A stretch of DNA of 63,957 bases, the filler included, from Porpidia crustulata (lineage: Eukaryota), in assembly GCA_964255105.1 (NCBI GenBank). It is 3 parts of 3 records of this genome, joined end to end, with 100 filler letters (N's around TTAATTAATTAA, not from the genome) between each part and the next. Parts side by side here need not be neighbours in the genome. Positions count along the whole stretch, not along the records: positions 23,168 to 46,216 come from CAXUWE010000080.1; positions 46,317 to 63,957 come from CAXUWE010000209.1; 1 more part is not named here. One strand, given 5' to 3'. Position numbers and translations under genes: made by a program. Shown in pieces: positions 37,255 to 51,230 of this stretch (its first letter is position 1; each line of letters opens with the position of its first letter). The notes below the pieces were generated by a model. The model had not been told where the DNA came from. It worked only from the letters and a program-made list of their open reading frames with translations, and searched no databases.

Positions 37255-38653
37255 TCAATTAATCCCAGGACTTGGATATAACATAGTAGGATCTCCACCA
37301 AATGGAGGTGCTACTTCCTCTTCTTGGACCTGTGCTAGTAGAGCTGGCTCCGAATACCACGGGCTATAGTCTGATGCCTTGACCATGTGAGTATGGCCAG
37401 GTAGAGGATTCCACGTAGGAGAAACGAAATGGTGCGATGGCTGACCCGAGACAGGCGCCGAATGTGGTGCTACATGTGCTTCAGGTATCGAAGTGTTTGA
37501 TGAGTTTGAGCTGGTGATCAAGGACGGTGGATTCATTTCTGATGCACGACGGCGGAAGTCCATCTGGAAACCATGATGGTAATGGTTAGGGTAATGGCCG
37601 GGCACATCCTCGACATGACCCCCAAAGGACATCGAACGGGTAGGCACAGGCCACCCATGGTCTTCCCTCGGTGGAGCGAAGGTGGTGAAACTTCCGATAG
37701 AATCACGAGAATGATGAGCGGTTGAGCTAGGTGGGCCCGAGAACTGGGAACCAAAAACGGGGGTCATTGGAGACTCCGCAAGCTTCCAGTAAGACTGAGA
37801 AGCGTCTTCGGGGGTCGATTGTCCAGTGGAGACGCCGCCGTGGTCGAAAAAGGGAGACTCCCAGTGCTGACGATCGTGATGGTTCGGAAATTCATAAGCG
37901 CGAGAATTGACAGAAGCTACGTGACTGTCAGCCGGAGGACTTGCCGATCTTAATAGTTGATCGCAACGAACCTCTTCTAGCAGGGGATAAAGAATTCGTA
38001 TTGATTGAAGCTGAAGACAGGGGAAATTCTTGGGTCGGCAACGGAAGCGGGGGATAGTGATTGTAATGGTCTATATGCTCAACGACCTGACCACCTATAA
38101 GAGCAGGCGACGAAGAAGAAGAAGCCGAAACATCTCCTGATCTGGCCTCGGCTTTTGAAGACGTACGAGGCCTTCGTTCTAGCTGCGGTTGCTGGTCGAC
38201 TGGGAAGAAATTGCACTCTTTTTTCAGTCGGATGCAGTTGGAGCAGCGGTTTTGAGTGTCATCCGGGGCGAGTAGGCACCGTATCTTCCGCCGCCTGCAG
38301 TGTCCTGCAACACGAATAGTTAGTCATTGTACTTTGAAGGTGCATTTTCGTCCTCTACCACAAGCAACCGATGTTCGGTGGTAGCCCAGCTTGTTACGTC
38401 TCTTGTCCGCCAACGACATGCCTGCGTCCACAATACCAAGTCCCCTAACGTTGGGCGTTGATGCGGACCTTTTCAGCTTGGTGGACATTATCGATCCTTT
38501 GGAGGATCTCCGCCGCCGCTGGGTAGTCATGGGTAATGTGGAGTGCGGCATTCCTGGCTGAATGGTGTTGCTGTGGCTCTCAAACGGCGAGGAAAGAAAT
38601 CCTGGAGCGTTATCCATAGGCGAGGGTAATGGTTGGCTTTGCGCCGACGCCAT
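37255..38653 (-). CDS. Zn(II)2Cys6 transcription factor, 3 exons
   Basis: Splicing intron 38305-38358 gives RNKLGYHRTSVACGHCRRRKIRCLLAPDDTQNRCSNCIRLKKEC (six Cys). Second intron 37917-37971. P/S/H-rich C-terminus. Confidence 0.93.
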
Positions 38654-41600
38654 GAGTTGGTGCTATATATTCCTACTTCTTTCGACCGTCAATCAGATAG
38701 CTGCAACCGAGTATCGGAATCCAGTTTCAGTCTATATCTCTTTCCCCGCAGTCAAGATAGATTTAGAAAAGGTTCGGCCAGGGTGCGCCCTAAGATCATC
38801 TGCAGGTCAGGTTTCAGGTCCGATGCCTTACACCAAGCCCCGGGTGACAAGTAACTCTTGTTGCTATTTGTGTCGAACTCCTAGGGTCGCACGGCTCGCT
38901 CGAAACAAAACAATAGACGTAGCAAGGCTCATGAAGATCGTAATAGCTCGAGGTAGGTCAACGTTTATATGGAAATCTTGCGTAACGTCGTTTAAGTACG
39001 AGTAAGCTAGCTGATGGAGGGGGGGAGATGTCAGGACAGCTCATCCGGTCTTTTGGAGCCTGGCGTAACTGCAAGGAAGGGAGGGGGGTATGTTCCGAGG
39101 TTTCGGAGGATAGCAAAATGAGCAAAACGATGGGATTTTTATAGCTGAGCCAATTGTAGGCAGCGTCGGAAACAGATGGGGCAGACGGTGGGAATCATGG
39201 AAGACAAGTGGGATGGTGGCACAGGCCAGGCATGACTCGAGTCCGAAACAAACGAGCTCTGGATCAGCAGAATCAATCGCTGTGGCAAAAGAAAAGAACC
39301 TCTGGATCAAAATAATAATTCCTCATGAACAGCAAGCATTTATCTGATATATTTCACGTGTGCTGGATATATGGCACAGGGCTAACTGCTCGGTTCGCGG
39401 AGTGCAGCAAATACGGAATACAGTACGTGACTCAACTAAGGCGCTCTAGTGTTTGTAATTGGCGACATAATACCAGAGCAGGTCCAAAGAGGATCGTCGA
39501 CTATCGACGTAGGGCAAGATAGCTGGGAGGGGGCAAAGGGCAAGACTGGTGGTCGTACCAGGAGGAGGCTGTAGTTGGCTATCTTCCCTCTCTACCCTTG
39601 CTTACTCTTGCACGCATCCTTCCCACTTCCTGCAGTAACAATATTCTTAGGTCCCCTTTAGATACGACCATTCAGGCTAGCTCTGTCAGCAGCGGAGGTA
39701 TCTGAAATGATCATGGCACCCGCATACGCCAACGTTCGAGGCCTTGAAAATGATAGGAGTGAGTGCTACTCGAAATGGTGAGTCACTGTGGTTACTCAAG
39801 TTCCGCTGAATTGCCTTGCGCGATATATGGTTGATAAGAGGGAGTCCGCGGTGGAGCACGTCTATGGAACTGGAGAAAATGAACAAATCGTCCAAATAGA
39901 TTTCAGCCAATACTCGGGCCAAATGTTGCGGGCTCTAGCTGCCCAAACCCCAGAGCAAGCCACTGCCGTCGACACCATCTCGACTTGGTATGACGATAGA
40001 GCCCCGGCCATGTACACAACTGATGATTGGCCACTGCTACGATGGAACTCATCGGGGATTTTTACCTCGCGTCCGGTGCACAACTGGCACGTTGAAGCTG
40101 AGTACAGATACCAAAGCTCTGGTCACATCTTCATGCGTGGTCGGATCCTGATGCCAAACCGGGAAAGGTATTGTAGGTCAAGCTGTACCATGCGCGGTAG
40201 TCTACCGTCACAGGACCAGATTTTGATGGTGTGCGCCTATAGAGGACGTACCCTGATGTTGTAGTTCCTGGGTTCTCCGCGTGGGTTGTGGTCCTTGCGT
40301 TTTCCAGGGTATTGGTGCATCTCCGTTGCCACGTGAACAGAGAGCTTTACATAGACTAGGACGATACCGATAGGTACGGTACAGTTGTCTGGGAACATGG
40401 TCCGTGATCTGTTAGAAAGATGGTGGCTATCAGACAAGCAAGTACCAGACTAAGCGTACCAAGAACCTCTAACAGTGAGGAATAGTGATGATCAATAGTT
40501 TGACAAACGTGGCAGCGTCCGAACCCCCAGAACCCAGAGGAATAAACCAACAAATCATATCGACGGGCCCCAACTGGAGGTGGAAGGCGTCAAGGCGTGC
40601 TAATCACCTAGCACGATGTGTGCAGTCGAAGGATTGTTAAGCGAGCTGCAAGTAGCAGAAGCAGTCCATTAACGCCGATGCAGCGAGAATGCGACGTTTT
40701 CATGTTGATCGTGCACACTAACCGCAAGGCTTGAGCTTGCGTTCGCTGTTGTGATTCGTGCGCCATTATACATCTAAACGAGCTCTTTGGCTTACAGGAA
40801 ATCCTTGAATTCATTCTCCACATTTCAGATTTTGTAATTTAGATTTTCTAGTCCAATCTTATTCAATTATCCTACTACGACAAATTGAGGCTTTGATAGC
40901 ATGATCATCTGAAGCCAGGGTTTCAGGCTTGACTGATCGAGCAGGCCTCCTGGTTGTCCTGGACCTCAATATCAATACGCGTTTGTCCTACGAGTACCGT
41001 CATTGATCGCAGCCAATACCAAAAGATGTGCAGTTCCCTTCTCCACCCTCGGTTGATCTACAAGAAACGGTCTATGAGCTAGAACCTTCGAATCATATCA
41101 GATCGGTTGGTCTTCCTGCTGAGCCCGTGGTCCCTGACATCGAAGGTTCCTACGGTGCATCAACCACGATGAAGCCTAGTCGTTGGTGGAGTGTTTATGT
41201 AGCTGATCCCTGGCTACCACGAGCACATTCCGCACGTGGATTGATCATCGATTGCTGATCATAACGTGACGACTTTCTCCATCCTCGTTTAGCACTGCCG
41301 ATCTGGAAGGAAACGTACGCGAAGGAAGAACAAAATGATGGGCACTCACATACAACGCAGTTTAGGGACTACAAACGTCCACTGGGTAGCAGAAAAGACG
41401 ACGATCCAACCACGCAAATCATTATGCTGCTCTGTACGTATACCATATTTTGTGGGATTGGAGGAGCTGGGATTAGTCTGATAGGACCGACCTCCGCTGG
41501 GGCGTCCTTAGTACCGAGTATATAGACAGGGTGACAGGGCAGTCGAAGTATCGTTCCGCACCACCCGCTAATACTGAAAGTCTTGACGACAACCTCCCTT

Positions 41601-44600
41601 ATCTTTGAGACCAAGCTTTCGTTCCTTGCAGATCCTCAGCCCAAACGGTTTGCTCCCTGTTGCGCCATCCATGACTCCACGATGCTCATCACAACCATTG
41701 CGCTGCCCGGCGACTCATGCAGTTTCCCAGTGCGCTGGAGCCGACCGCGTCTGACCAGTATGTCCCCCGGCGGCTTCGGTACCAAGCTTGCTATTACTGC
41801 CGATTGATTCTCCAGCAGCACAAAGCATCAAGCGATCAGATCTTGGCCTGAAAACCTGGAATCTCCATGATCACTTTGTAGCCACGGCTCGAGTAGCCAC
41901 CTGCGAAAATCTAATCTCACATTCCAGAGTCCACGTATCGCGTCCTAGTTGTGCCGCTCTTTAACACCGACCTTCAATGCTTCAACGGATTAAAGACTCC
42001 ATTTCCAGTAGTGATGGCCATTCTTCCTGATTCTGGACACCATTACATTGTCAGGATCATGGCCGACTGTCGACTAATGCGCGTCTACCTCGAAAACTAA
42101 GGCAGGTAGCATCACCACTTGACCAATTGCCTCGGATGCGAACATACCCTTAGCAACACGTGTAGAGTAATTCTCCGATATCCACTAGAGGTAACGTGCG
42201 ATGCCCCTGTAAACAGATAGACCTGTCAGGTACAGCAACGTTATTACCGGCGTAAGGTACTCACGTACTGTAAAATTCTACCTCTAGGTCCACGTTCCAT
42301 GGAGCCGACGAATCTCGAGCAAAAGCGCACCACCATCAACACATCGTCAAGTTTGCTGGCCTCACGAATTGATCATCCATACATCATATATTTACTCGGA
42401 GGGGAAATGCACGAGGTCACGATATCTGTTCCCAGCATCAAGATGTTTCAGGTTGCCAGCACATTCTTTATCATTCCTGCGCATATATCACCCCGGCATG
42501 CCTCATATGTTGCTTGCTGTAGCAGGATCTGCGTGATCTGTAGAAACGATGTGTGGCGAAGGCGGATGTATCCGATCGCGTATCAATCTGACACGATGTC
42601 AACACCCTCGATTGAGCCTGCGAGACAGGAGCCCCCCACGCTTCTGCCACTATAACGGTGGTTTCGAGGTTATGATTAGGTTGTTCGCTGTCTCATCCGT
42701 CTCAGTCGCACTGCCACTTTACCTCTCTCCAAAGTATCTTTGTCCCTACAACATCCCAAGCACCTTCCTAAATGGCTCTCCTGGCGCATATCGCTTATAC
42801 GGTTTTCCTTGAAAACCTCCAGGATAACGAATTTAGGAGTACACTTGAAACCCGGAATCACCTTCGGATCCCATTCATTTACCAGCAACCAGATTTTGTG
42901 CCCAAAAATGCATCGGTGACGATCTCGCAATTGCCAGGAGCATACGACTCAATCCGTGATGTACATCAATCTACGTCTTTGACCTTTCGATCGCCATCCA
43001 TTGTCTAATTCAATTTGGATCGAAGCGTCTAATGGAGTTTATGATAGTTGCAGTGTTTGCAGCTCCTTTGCATCTGATACTGGTGGTTGCACCTAAGAAA
43101 TGTTTCCTCATGGAGTTGTCTTACCTCTGTAAGTATGTCTGGGTTTGGTTTTTAGATGAAGTGTATTTATTGATTGCTTTTGTACTTGAGCTTCCGCATA
43201 GCTCAGTATGGTGTCAATCACTCTTGTGAGAGCCCATCGATCTTCAAAGAACAGAATGGACCAGATCCATTTTTACTTGTCTAGCGCGGAGAAACCCAGT
43301 TTGGTCTTTTGTTTCATCGTGTTCTACAATTATCTAGACTGCTTTTCCATTGAACCCTAAGAATGCCGCTTGTGTTTTGATGGGGGCTGAAATGGAAAGC
43401 CAAGAGACTCAAGGTCAACGCTTAGCGAAGACACTTAAGCCGTAGCTTGTCCTGGTAACATTCGGCATGCCCAAGCTGTGGCTTTGGGTGACGTACATTT
43501 CGCAATCCTTCAGCAGGTGCCCGAGTACGAGCCGCAGGCAAGATTGATCTGTTGACCAAATATCCAGCTTTGTCCGCTGGCTGTTTGGCTGATAGGTAGA
43601 AGCAGTAGACGATGCCGTTCCTTCGGACCGTTGGTCGGATTGGGACATTCAGATGTCCAATCACGTTTGAGATATGCTACATTGGCAGGGCTTGCAGCTA
43701 CAAGAACCAGGGATTGCGAAGCATATTGTCAGGACAAAACCCCGGATACTTGAACCACAACATCAATGCTTTCAATGAACATCCTGTAGATTGGTCGGAG
43801 ATCCTCCCGTCTCCTCAAATGTCGAAGGAATAGGTGGACCCCTGATCTGCTATACAATTATAGCGTGGTGGTGTGCAGTTACCTGGCCGGAGTGTTCTAT
43901 ATCCAAGAGTTCTAGTCTCATCTTTTAATGATGAAGGTCGCAAGAACCGGGTGATCTTGCTATGCGAGAAAGGGCTGATTTCCCAGGACATTGGACTGTG
44001 AGAAAAGAGCCGAAGCCAGTCATCATCATTGCACAATTACACAGGTCGTCCCGTTGCTGGTATACCTGGCTGCACGGACACGGCAAGCTGGTTTGGGCCG
44101 GACACTCGAGATTAACCGGTGTGGCTCCTGGTTCTCGGGCTTGAAGGGCTTAATTGTTCATGTGGGTTTATTTGACTAAATAAGACCGCAAGTCAGAGTA
44201 CTGTATCTATTCGGCCTTGGATTGATCAAGATCGAGAGTGAGCAGAGTTTCGACAGTCGGGATGTTATAGCAGATCACCTTGGTAAATCAATCACCAGAG
44301 GCACGCTGCCAACAATCGTAGCCACTGTTCGCCTGAGGTATTTCTGCGACACCAGCCACATGTCTCTATGAAGAAGGTAGACGTAAGCTCGTTGCCTATG
44401 ATGGTTTTGGCTGCGCGTCGTTCGTGTCGTCAGCTTCAACGCCAGTTCCTTTTGATAGCTTCTACATGAGGCCACAAGCCGAGTCTCGATAGTGAGAAAC
44501 GCAAAAGCAACAGCCCTACACCAGCCCAGCAATAGATCTGGATCGTGAGAGAACATGTAGTTGTCTCAGATGTGGTACTATCGCCCCATTATCTCAGCCA

Positions 44601-46216
44601 GAGCAGAGCTTTTTACCTTGGAAGTCGCAGTCATCAACCCGATCCAGCAATGAAATCCCGGGCCAGTAATAGGTACAGATATTACGAGGATACTGAACCC
44701 TCGTCACATTGCGAAGACTGTAAACCTATGGACTCTTAGGATGATCTGTAATTGCATGAATGTCTCAAATCATTGCCTCCTGGATTCCATAATCTTCTAC
44801 CCCTTTAAGCTGCTACTGACCATGCAAAATGGTCGCTGGAGCCTTGCAGATCGAGGAGGCGCATTGCATGAGGTCGCACACCCTTCTGCTGCTTGTCGCA
44901 GGAGCTAAGGTGAAGGAATTTGAACTGCCGAGTCTCACCAAGGTCAATGAGTATTCTCCAGAAAGAATAAACGTCAACTGTGCATAGCTGACAGCCTTCT
45001 TGGGTGTCTGTTCACCTGAGCTATGACATTCCGGGGTAAGTATGGTCTGCGTTTCTATGCGGTTTACAGTGTGTATGCTTCGACGGAACCCGGGGAGGCT
45101 TTGACCAACCATCCAGGTCTTACTGGGCTGCGAGTGTGTCTTGTTGCACAGTCGCTTCGCTTTCTACAAGTCATAGAATAATTCGGAAAGATTGCACAGC
45201 ACCATGTCAAAACGACAGTAGTGGGAAGACAGTAAGGACTGCCCTAGCAGGACATGACGGCGCCTTGGACAGAGGAACAGTACGTCCCAATCAACGTACA
45301 CGCCATTTCCCTCGCGTTTGGAACCCGCCTCTGGAATCTGGCTATGCCTTTACGCGTACATCTACCAGTCAATGCCTTTATTCAATATCTGCATTTTAAC
45401 TCGCTCTGACTCATTCTCCAGCATCCCAGCCAACCAAGCCGCCTACATCACCCGCCAAAAACCGCATCTCCAACCATCCCTTCTATGCTCAAAAATTCCA
45501 ACCTTGGTCTCTCATCGTGCGTACCCGCAAGCCGCGTCACTGACGCAAGACGTCAGTGGACCCTGATCGGCGTCGCCTTCTTCGGTCCCCATAGATGTCT
45601 CATGCAAGCCACCCAGCCCCCAGGGAAAAAGTTGCCCAGAAACCCCCATCAAAGCTGCAAAGAAATCCACCTTCGCGGGAAACGCCTCTCGTCCCTCGCG
45701 TTTCCCCGCGCGTTTCCCCTCGCAGCGACCCTGTTCTCACCAATCGACGATTCCCCGGCGAATCTCGGATCCTCGACAAATCGCCTCATCGCCGACCTAA
45801 ATTTTCCCCGCCAGCCACCCAATGAAATGCACAACGAGGTGCACGCTGGACAGAGTCATCACTCGGGCAGCCAGTATTCACCCTCTCGCAAGAGGACCGG
45901 CGATACGGAACCCCGAAACCCTGGGTAGGTGAACCAGCGCAATGCTGTAGCCTCCTCCAGGCTCCATCACACGTTTGCGCGTCACCCTACACACCACCAA
46001 GGATCGAGACATACTCTCGACCATGTGGGCCTTTTGACGCGTTGCGGTTGGTGGTGTCTGGGGGTTGTTAAATTTTAGGGGTTTGAGAAGGGAGGACGCG
46101 TTATGAGGACTTTCTACGCAGCTGGAAGAAAGGGCGAGGCTCTTGGATACGGCCGCGGGAATGTACGGATTTATGCTCACAGCTTTGGGGGTGGGGTCTT
46201 TGGCGGGCTTTTCGAG

Positions 46217-46316
46217 NNNNNNNNNNNNNNNNNNNNNNNNNNNNNNNNNNNNNNNNNNNNTTAATTAATTAANNNNNNNNNNNNNNNNNNNNNNNNNNNN
46301 NNNNNNNNNNNNNNNN
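46217..46316. other. Artificial contig-joining spacer
   Basis: 44 N + TTAATTAATTAA (46261-46272) + 44 N, identical to the first spacer. Confidence 0.97.
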
Positions 46317-46417
46317 GGAGGAGTGAGGTGTAAGCTTGTGAAGATTGACACGGATTTTTGATTGTGGTAGGAGATTTTATGGGGTTTGGTCTCAATCAGA
46401 AGTTCCTTAAAAGGAGA

Positions 46418-47092
46418 TCATAATAGATTTTGGGATATTGGGAGTGCCACACCTAATACTTCGCTCGCGGAGTTGGTCTTTCCATCAAATAGATTGATAT
46501 CGAGTTTGATATACACGCTGTGTATCTGCGATCGCTTCTTTGGCGGCGAAGCAGTAGCTTCGGCATCTGAATCAGTCGTGCTGTCGTAAACGCTATCATC
46601 TTGGTCAGGATCATAATCCGGCATGTTTTTGTAGTCAGTAGCGTCAACGTCGTCGTCTGTCCACGAGATAGTATCCTCAGCACGCCCTAAGGGTATGTCT
46701 GATGGTGGAGACGCCCATTCAGGAGTACTGGTTGGTGGCAGATATTTTGGGATCTGATCTAGGGCCGTGGGGAAAGGGCAAGACTGGGGTATTTCATTAT
46801 TCTCGTTTGTGGTGACTGGCAGACCCGAGCTGTCATCAAACCGACTGGTATTCTTCGCGGCTTCAGGTGCGCTACTTGATTCATGTCCTGGCTTCGGAAA
46901 GGCATCCTCCGATTCAGCTAATGAATAAAACGCTATGTGAGGCTCAATCTGTTTGACACTTTTAGGTATGGTATTGTAATGATAGACCCGTTCGGAGCCG
47001 TTGACGGCGGCGTCACGAATATAGTCAAGGTATGTAGGTGACGTATTAGAGATCGGCTCGTGACTACGATAGAGAGAACAAGTGAGTGGCAT
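46418..47092 (-). CDS. Hypothetical protein or exon with acidic low-complexity region; true start unknown
   Basis: 224-codon open frame with a D/E-rich stretch and a PPKKR basic patch. No family recognised. Confidence 0.4.
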   Translation of the reverse strand: MPLTCSLYRSHEPISNTSPTYLDYIRDAAVNGSERVYHYNTIPKSVKQIEPHIAFYSLAESEDAFPKPGHESSSAPEAAKNTSRFDDSSGLPVTTNENNEIPQSCPFPTALDQIPKYLPPTSTPEWASPPSDIPLGRAEDTISWTDDDVDATDYKNMPDYDPDQDDSVYDSTTDSDAEATASPPKKRSQIHSVYIKLDINLFDGKTNSASEVLGVALPISQNLL

Positions 47093-47675
47093 AATGATTA
47101 AGACAAAATTGTATGATCAGAGTTGTTTCACGGAAGTCAAGTCAAAGAATGTTTATTCCACAAAGTCCCAAAAATTGACAAGTAGTGGGTTCGATTCCTC
47201 ATGGCGCGGGCCAGACGGCGGAGTGGTTGCTTATTACTGTAAGTGCTTTAGCGTGTATGCCTTGCAAAGTGCAGCTCCAGGATTGTGCCAGGATATGCAA
47301 ATACGTTTCTACTTCGTTTCCGTTACTTGACTAAAATCCGAGGTGGTGGAAGTAGAAACTTCCATGTAGGTCGCCATGGCAGATCCGTACATTGCGGATG
47401 ACATTGGATGAACATAATACTAAGGCCAATCTTATCTTACCATTTAAATAAAGCTGCGGCTTGGGGAGCTACGGAAAGAAATCGATGATCCCTTGATGTC
47501 CTCCATTAATTCGTGAGATCATATATCATAGATGGTTTCCATCTGGGGCAAACCCCACAAAAGGTAATTGGGGGAAAAAGAGAAAAAAAAGGATGGCCAC
47601 AGCTCATAGAACACCAAACACCTCACTAGTCCCGAAAGGGCCCATGTTTCCTCAGCAGTACCGCACAACTAACAC

Positions 47676-49108
47676 TCACGATAGCATGAATCCCATCATA
47701 GTCAACGTTAAGAGAGCCATGGCGAATGGACCACGAAACCCAGCAGCAAGCGACAGCGACAACTTAGCCTCAGCCGCCAAGCCCATGGTCTTCTTGGCCG
47801 GGTCGAAATAGTAGCAAGACGTTGGAAGATTGAAGGACTTTTTCTGCTCGAAATGCTGAGTCCCCGATAAATCGACACCGAAGAAGTAGGCCGTCTCGTT
47901 GAAGATCTCGATGGCGTCGAATCCGATCGATGGTAAAACGAGAGTGGCGTTTCGGAAGACATGGTCGGTGGGCGTGGACGCCGGGGCGGGATCGCAGTTG
48001 GAGGTCACGTTGTGAACCTGCTGGATTGCAACGTCGAGTTTTGGGATGTCGAGGTCGACGGTGAGTTGAACGGAGGCGCCGGCGACAATTGCGTCGACGG
48101 CAACGACGAATGTGACTGACGGACGGAAGGAGAGCTCAAAGTCGATGTCCAGGTCACTGCGGGTGGAATTGAAGGGAATTGGGGTCAAGGTTGATTGGTT
48201 GCTGCAGCTGTTGTCAGGCTTTGCGGAATGTTGGTCGTGTCTTTGAGAGTACTTACAATCCAAGAGATGTGGACTTCTCGATGTGACTTAGATCAACGAG
48301 GACTTCGGATCCACGTGGAACCTGTCCGATGGTAAATACATGTGCTCATCAAAGTATGCACATTTATTTCTTACCGACAAATGAAAGCCGTAGGTGAGGT
48401 TGACGTCATTCGTGGTATTGACCCATCCATGTATTTCTGTATTCAAGGTAGCAGAGAGTGTGAGAAGGCCGATCTATTTGATTAAGTCAGGAGGTTTTGT
48501 TTGAAGCTTCCGCAAGAGGCTTACTGCTCTCGACAACGTCTTTGTGAATGGAATTGGCACATTTATTTCATTGTTAGGGGTAGACGCGTTCAAGTCGATG
48601 GATAATTCGAAAAATGCATCAAAGTTGTCAAATGTAGCAGCAACCCAGTGATCTTTGAAGCTAAAGTTGGAATGGATTTCCAGAACATCGGGGGGTGGCT
48701 TGATGTAGTCAAGTACGATTTCGCCACCGCCAGAAAGACTGATGTTACCAGCGATTGCACAATTAATGCAGTCGACGGTAAAATCAGTGGTCCTGAGAGG
48801 TTTGTCAATACTTGAGGCCTACTTAGCCAAGCTTCTCTAACTCACTTGGTTGAGTTCACGTCCTGTATGTGTACGCTAGGTGGGAAAATTCGCCCATCAA
48901 GAGTGATATTGAAGGTCTCGGTGAATTCATTTGGGGGCGAGGAAGTCGTAGATGCTGGAGCGGACGTGCTGGTCGATGCTGCTGACAGAGTAGCTGACTG
49001 GGTGACCTGCTGTCTTTGATAGAGAGCAACGCCTTCCGGTCCTCTATACGCATAGACGCAAGGCGTAACCGCTGCTGCCGACAGCAGGAGAATTGTATTC
49101 AAATGCAT
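47676..49108 (-). CDS. Secreted, probably GPI-anchored cell-surface glycoprotein, about 5 exons
   Basis: Signal peptide MHLNTILLLSAAAVTPCVYA, S/T stretch, VDCINC, YGFHLS|VPRGS, VDLDIPKLDV, LPTSCYYFD and a hydrophobic C-terminal tail. GT-AG introns separate the ORF pieces. Confidence 0.85.
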
Positions 49109-49887
49109 TGCTATAAGCGTGAGTTAGGAGCCGTTCGTTGAACAAGAGCTAGAACGAGCAAAAACGTAGCCAATGCTTCAAAAAAGATACGAGAGACAGC
49201 GATCGAAGCTTCTAATAATCGTTTTGCCTGAAGAAAGGAAAGGGGCACGGGCTTTGCAGTCTCGAGGCTCTGGCTTTCTGCATGATGCTCTGACTAGTCG
49301 ACGGTCTCAAAAAGCACTGTACACCATCAGTGAGGCTTCAGACGATCAAATTGGCCAGTAAGATGAGCATGGCGACCCGCGAAAGACGCACGGGGCAGTG
49401 CAGTCTGAAGGCTTTCCTGGAAGCAGCAATGCATGCTTAAGCCTTGTGGTGAATCGACAACATTAGCCATCTCTGAATAAAAGTCGCTTGCATAGTTTGA
49501 GGCACAGCGAAGACTGCTGTTGAACGGCAAGGTATCACTGTAATGGTTGATGATGGTTTGTTCAGGACGAGGCTGAAAGGATCCCATCAAATCGGCGATC
49601 AGGCCACCCTCGATGCTGATGTGCGGCATGGTCTGAATTTCATCACAATGAATTCTGAATTCAATAATCGAAATGCGCGTGAAGGAGTAATTACTCTCTA
49701 GTTTGTCTGTTCGGGTTAGCTTAGCCTCGACGATCCAGTGGTTCTGTTTAACGTGGCATACTCAACGGGAAACTGCACCGGACAGAGCTATGTATAGAAT
49801 AGAGTACGTCCGATGTTTGTCGAACTACCCCCTCCTCTCCTCTCTCCATCCTCGATCGGAAAGAAAGACCTGGGATGTTTATCTCCC

Positions 49888-51230
49888 TATGTATATATTT
49901 ATAGACACCCCTAACTTAGGATTGAAGGTTGCCCTTTTCGTTCAGGAAAGGGAGTTGAGCCTCTTTACAGGGAGCACTGAGGAAGCCAAAGCGAGTACTA
50001 AGAGAGCATGAGGAAGCAACAAGGGAGCAACGAGGGAGCATAGGGGAGTAATGGGGGAGCACAGAGGGAGCATAGATAGATTGACGGAAGTATGGGAACG
50101 TAGTGCAAAGGAGCCTGAATTGGCTGCCTCGTATCTGGCTACAGCTGCACATGTCAATATCTGAAACAATTGCTTCGATAAGCACTCTTGCCTGACACAA
50201 CCTCCTAGTGCCTACTATCTTATATCTCGGAATTTGGAGTGGTGGTGCATCAGGGTTTGCCCTTGTGTTGGAAATTTCCTGTCTACAGGGCTAGCCCTAT
50301 GGGCAGAGTTTTCACCTCCTAGCTAGATTTTCCCTTCTGACGATGGACAACGTCTAATCAACCACCATAGTCAATGCTCAGTCTATTGCTTCACCCTCTA
50401 TATTCCAACAATATATTGGCACTCATTGAAAGTTCGACGTCGCATTGTCCTGGTCTTGACTTGACAACCCTGGAGATCAGCTGGTCCGTGTTGGAAGTAA
50501 TTAATATCGTGGAATACTCGTTCCCACCTTCCAACGGTCCACACCCTCAACGCTCCGCCATACCTAGAGTTAGGGTTGTATCGACTAATTTTGATTAGTG
50601 CGGACCGTTTAGGGGTGGGGATGAGTACGCTGCAAAAGCGATTCGATTGATTCTCCCTCTATTTTTCCGACTTGTATACTCGAAATCTTTTGCCTGAGGT
50701 TCGTCGAAGCCAAAATGCTTCTTGATTGTTAAAGAATGTTGTAGACAATGGCGGAGTTTTAGCAGCAGGCTGAGCTTAAATCGTTCAAACTCGACGAGGA
50801 TAGCCCAGGTCGATATCGATGAAGCCATTTCAGGCTCTCAACCCTGCCGTGCACTATCCCATAGGTTTATGTCTGACTCTCTCGATGCTCCTTTCTGCTC
50901 CCTCGATACTCCCTTCTGCTCACTTGCTGCTTCCTCTCAAGCGGCCCTGCTTCCTCGCTCGAGCCGGAACGACAATCTCAAATCTCAAGTTCGGGGAGTG
51001 CATATAATAAATACATATATATATATATTTGATTATATACCCTAAATTTAGGATTTGAGATCGCTATACTGGGACGGGAAAGGAAGTATGGCCGCTTTGG
51101 GGAGGGCACCGAACGAGCAAAAGGACGTAGTGGGGGAAGTGCCAAGGGAATATAGGGGAGTAGCAGGGGAGTAGAGATGGAGCAGAGAACTAGAGAGGGA
51201 GCGGCTAAGCGCAGCATAAGGGAGCCTAAA
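49888..51230. mobile_element. Foldback/MITE-like repeat: three diverged ~190-bp arms containing GGGAGCA tandem units
   Basis: Arm 1 at ~49888-50075 (+), arm 2 at ~50870-51017 (inverted), arm 3 at ~51030-51230 (+). Arms 2 and 3 share AAGCGGCC.T.CTTCCT, ATCTCAAATC and AA.TT.GGG in inverted orientation around a (TA)n core. Confidence 0.65.

Noticed and set aside
47175..47214. tRNA-like 3' end (GGGTTCGATTCC...GGGCCA)
   Set aside because: The T-stem pairs poorly and no acceptor stem, D arm or anticodon arm can be folded upstream; at most an isolated B-box.
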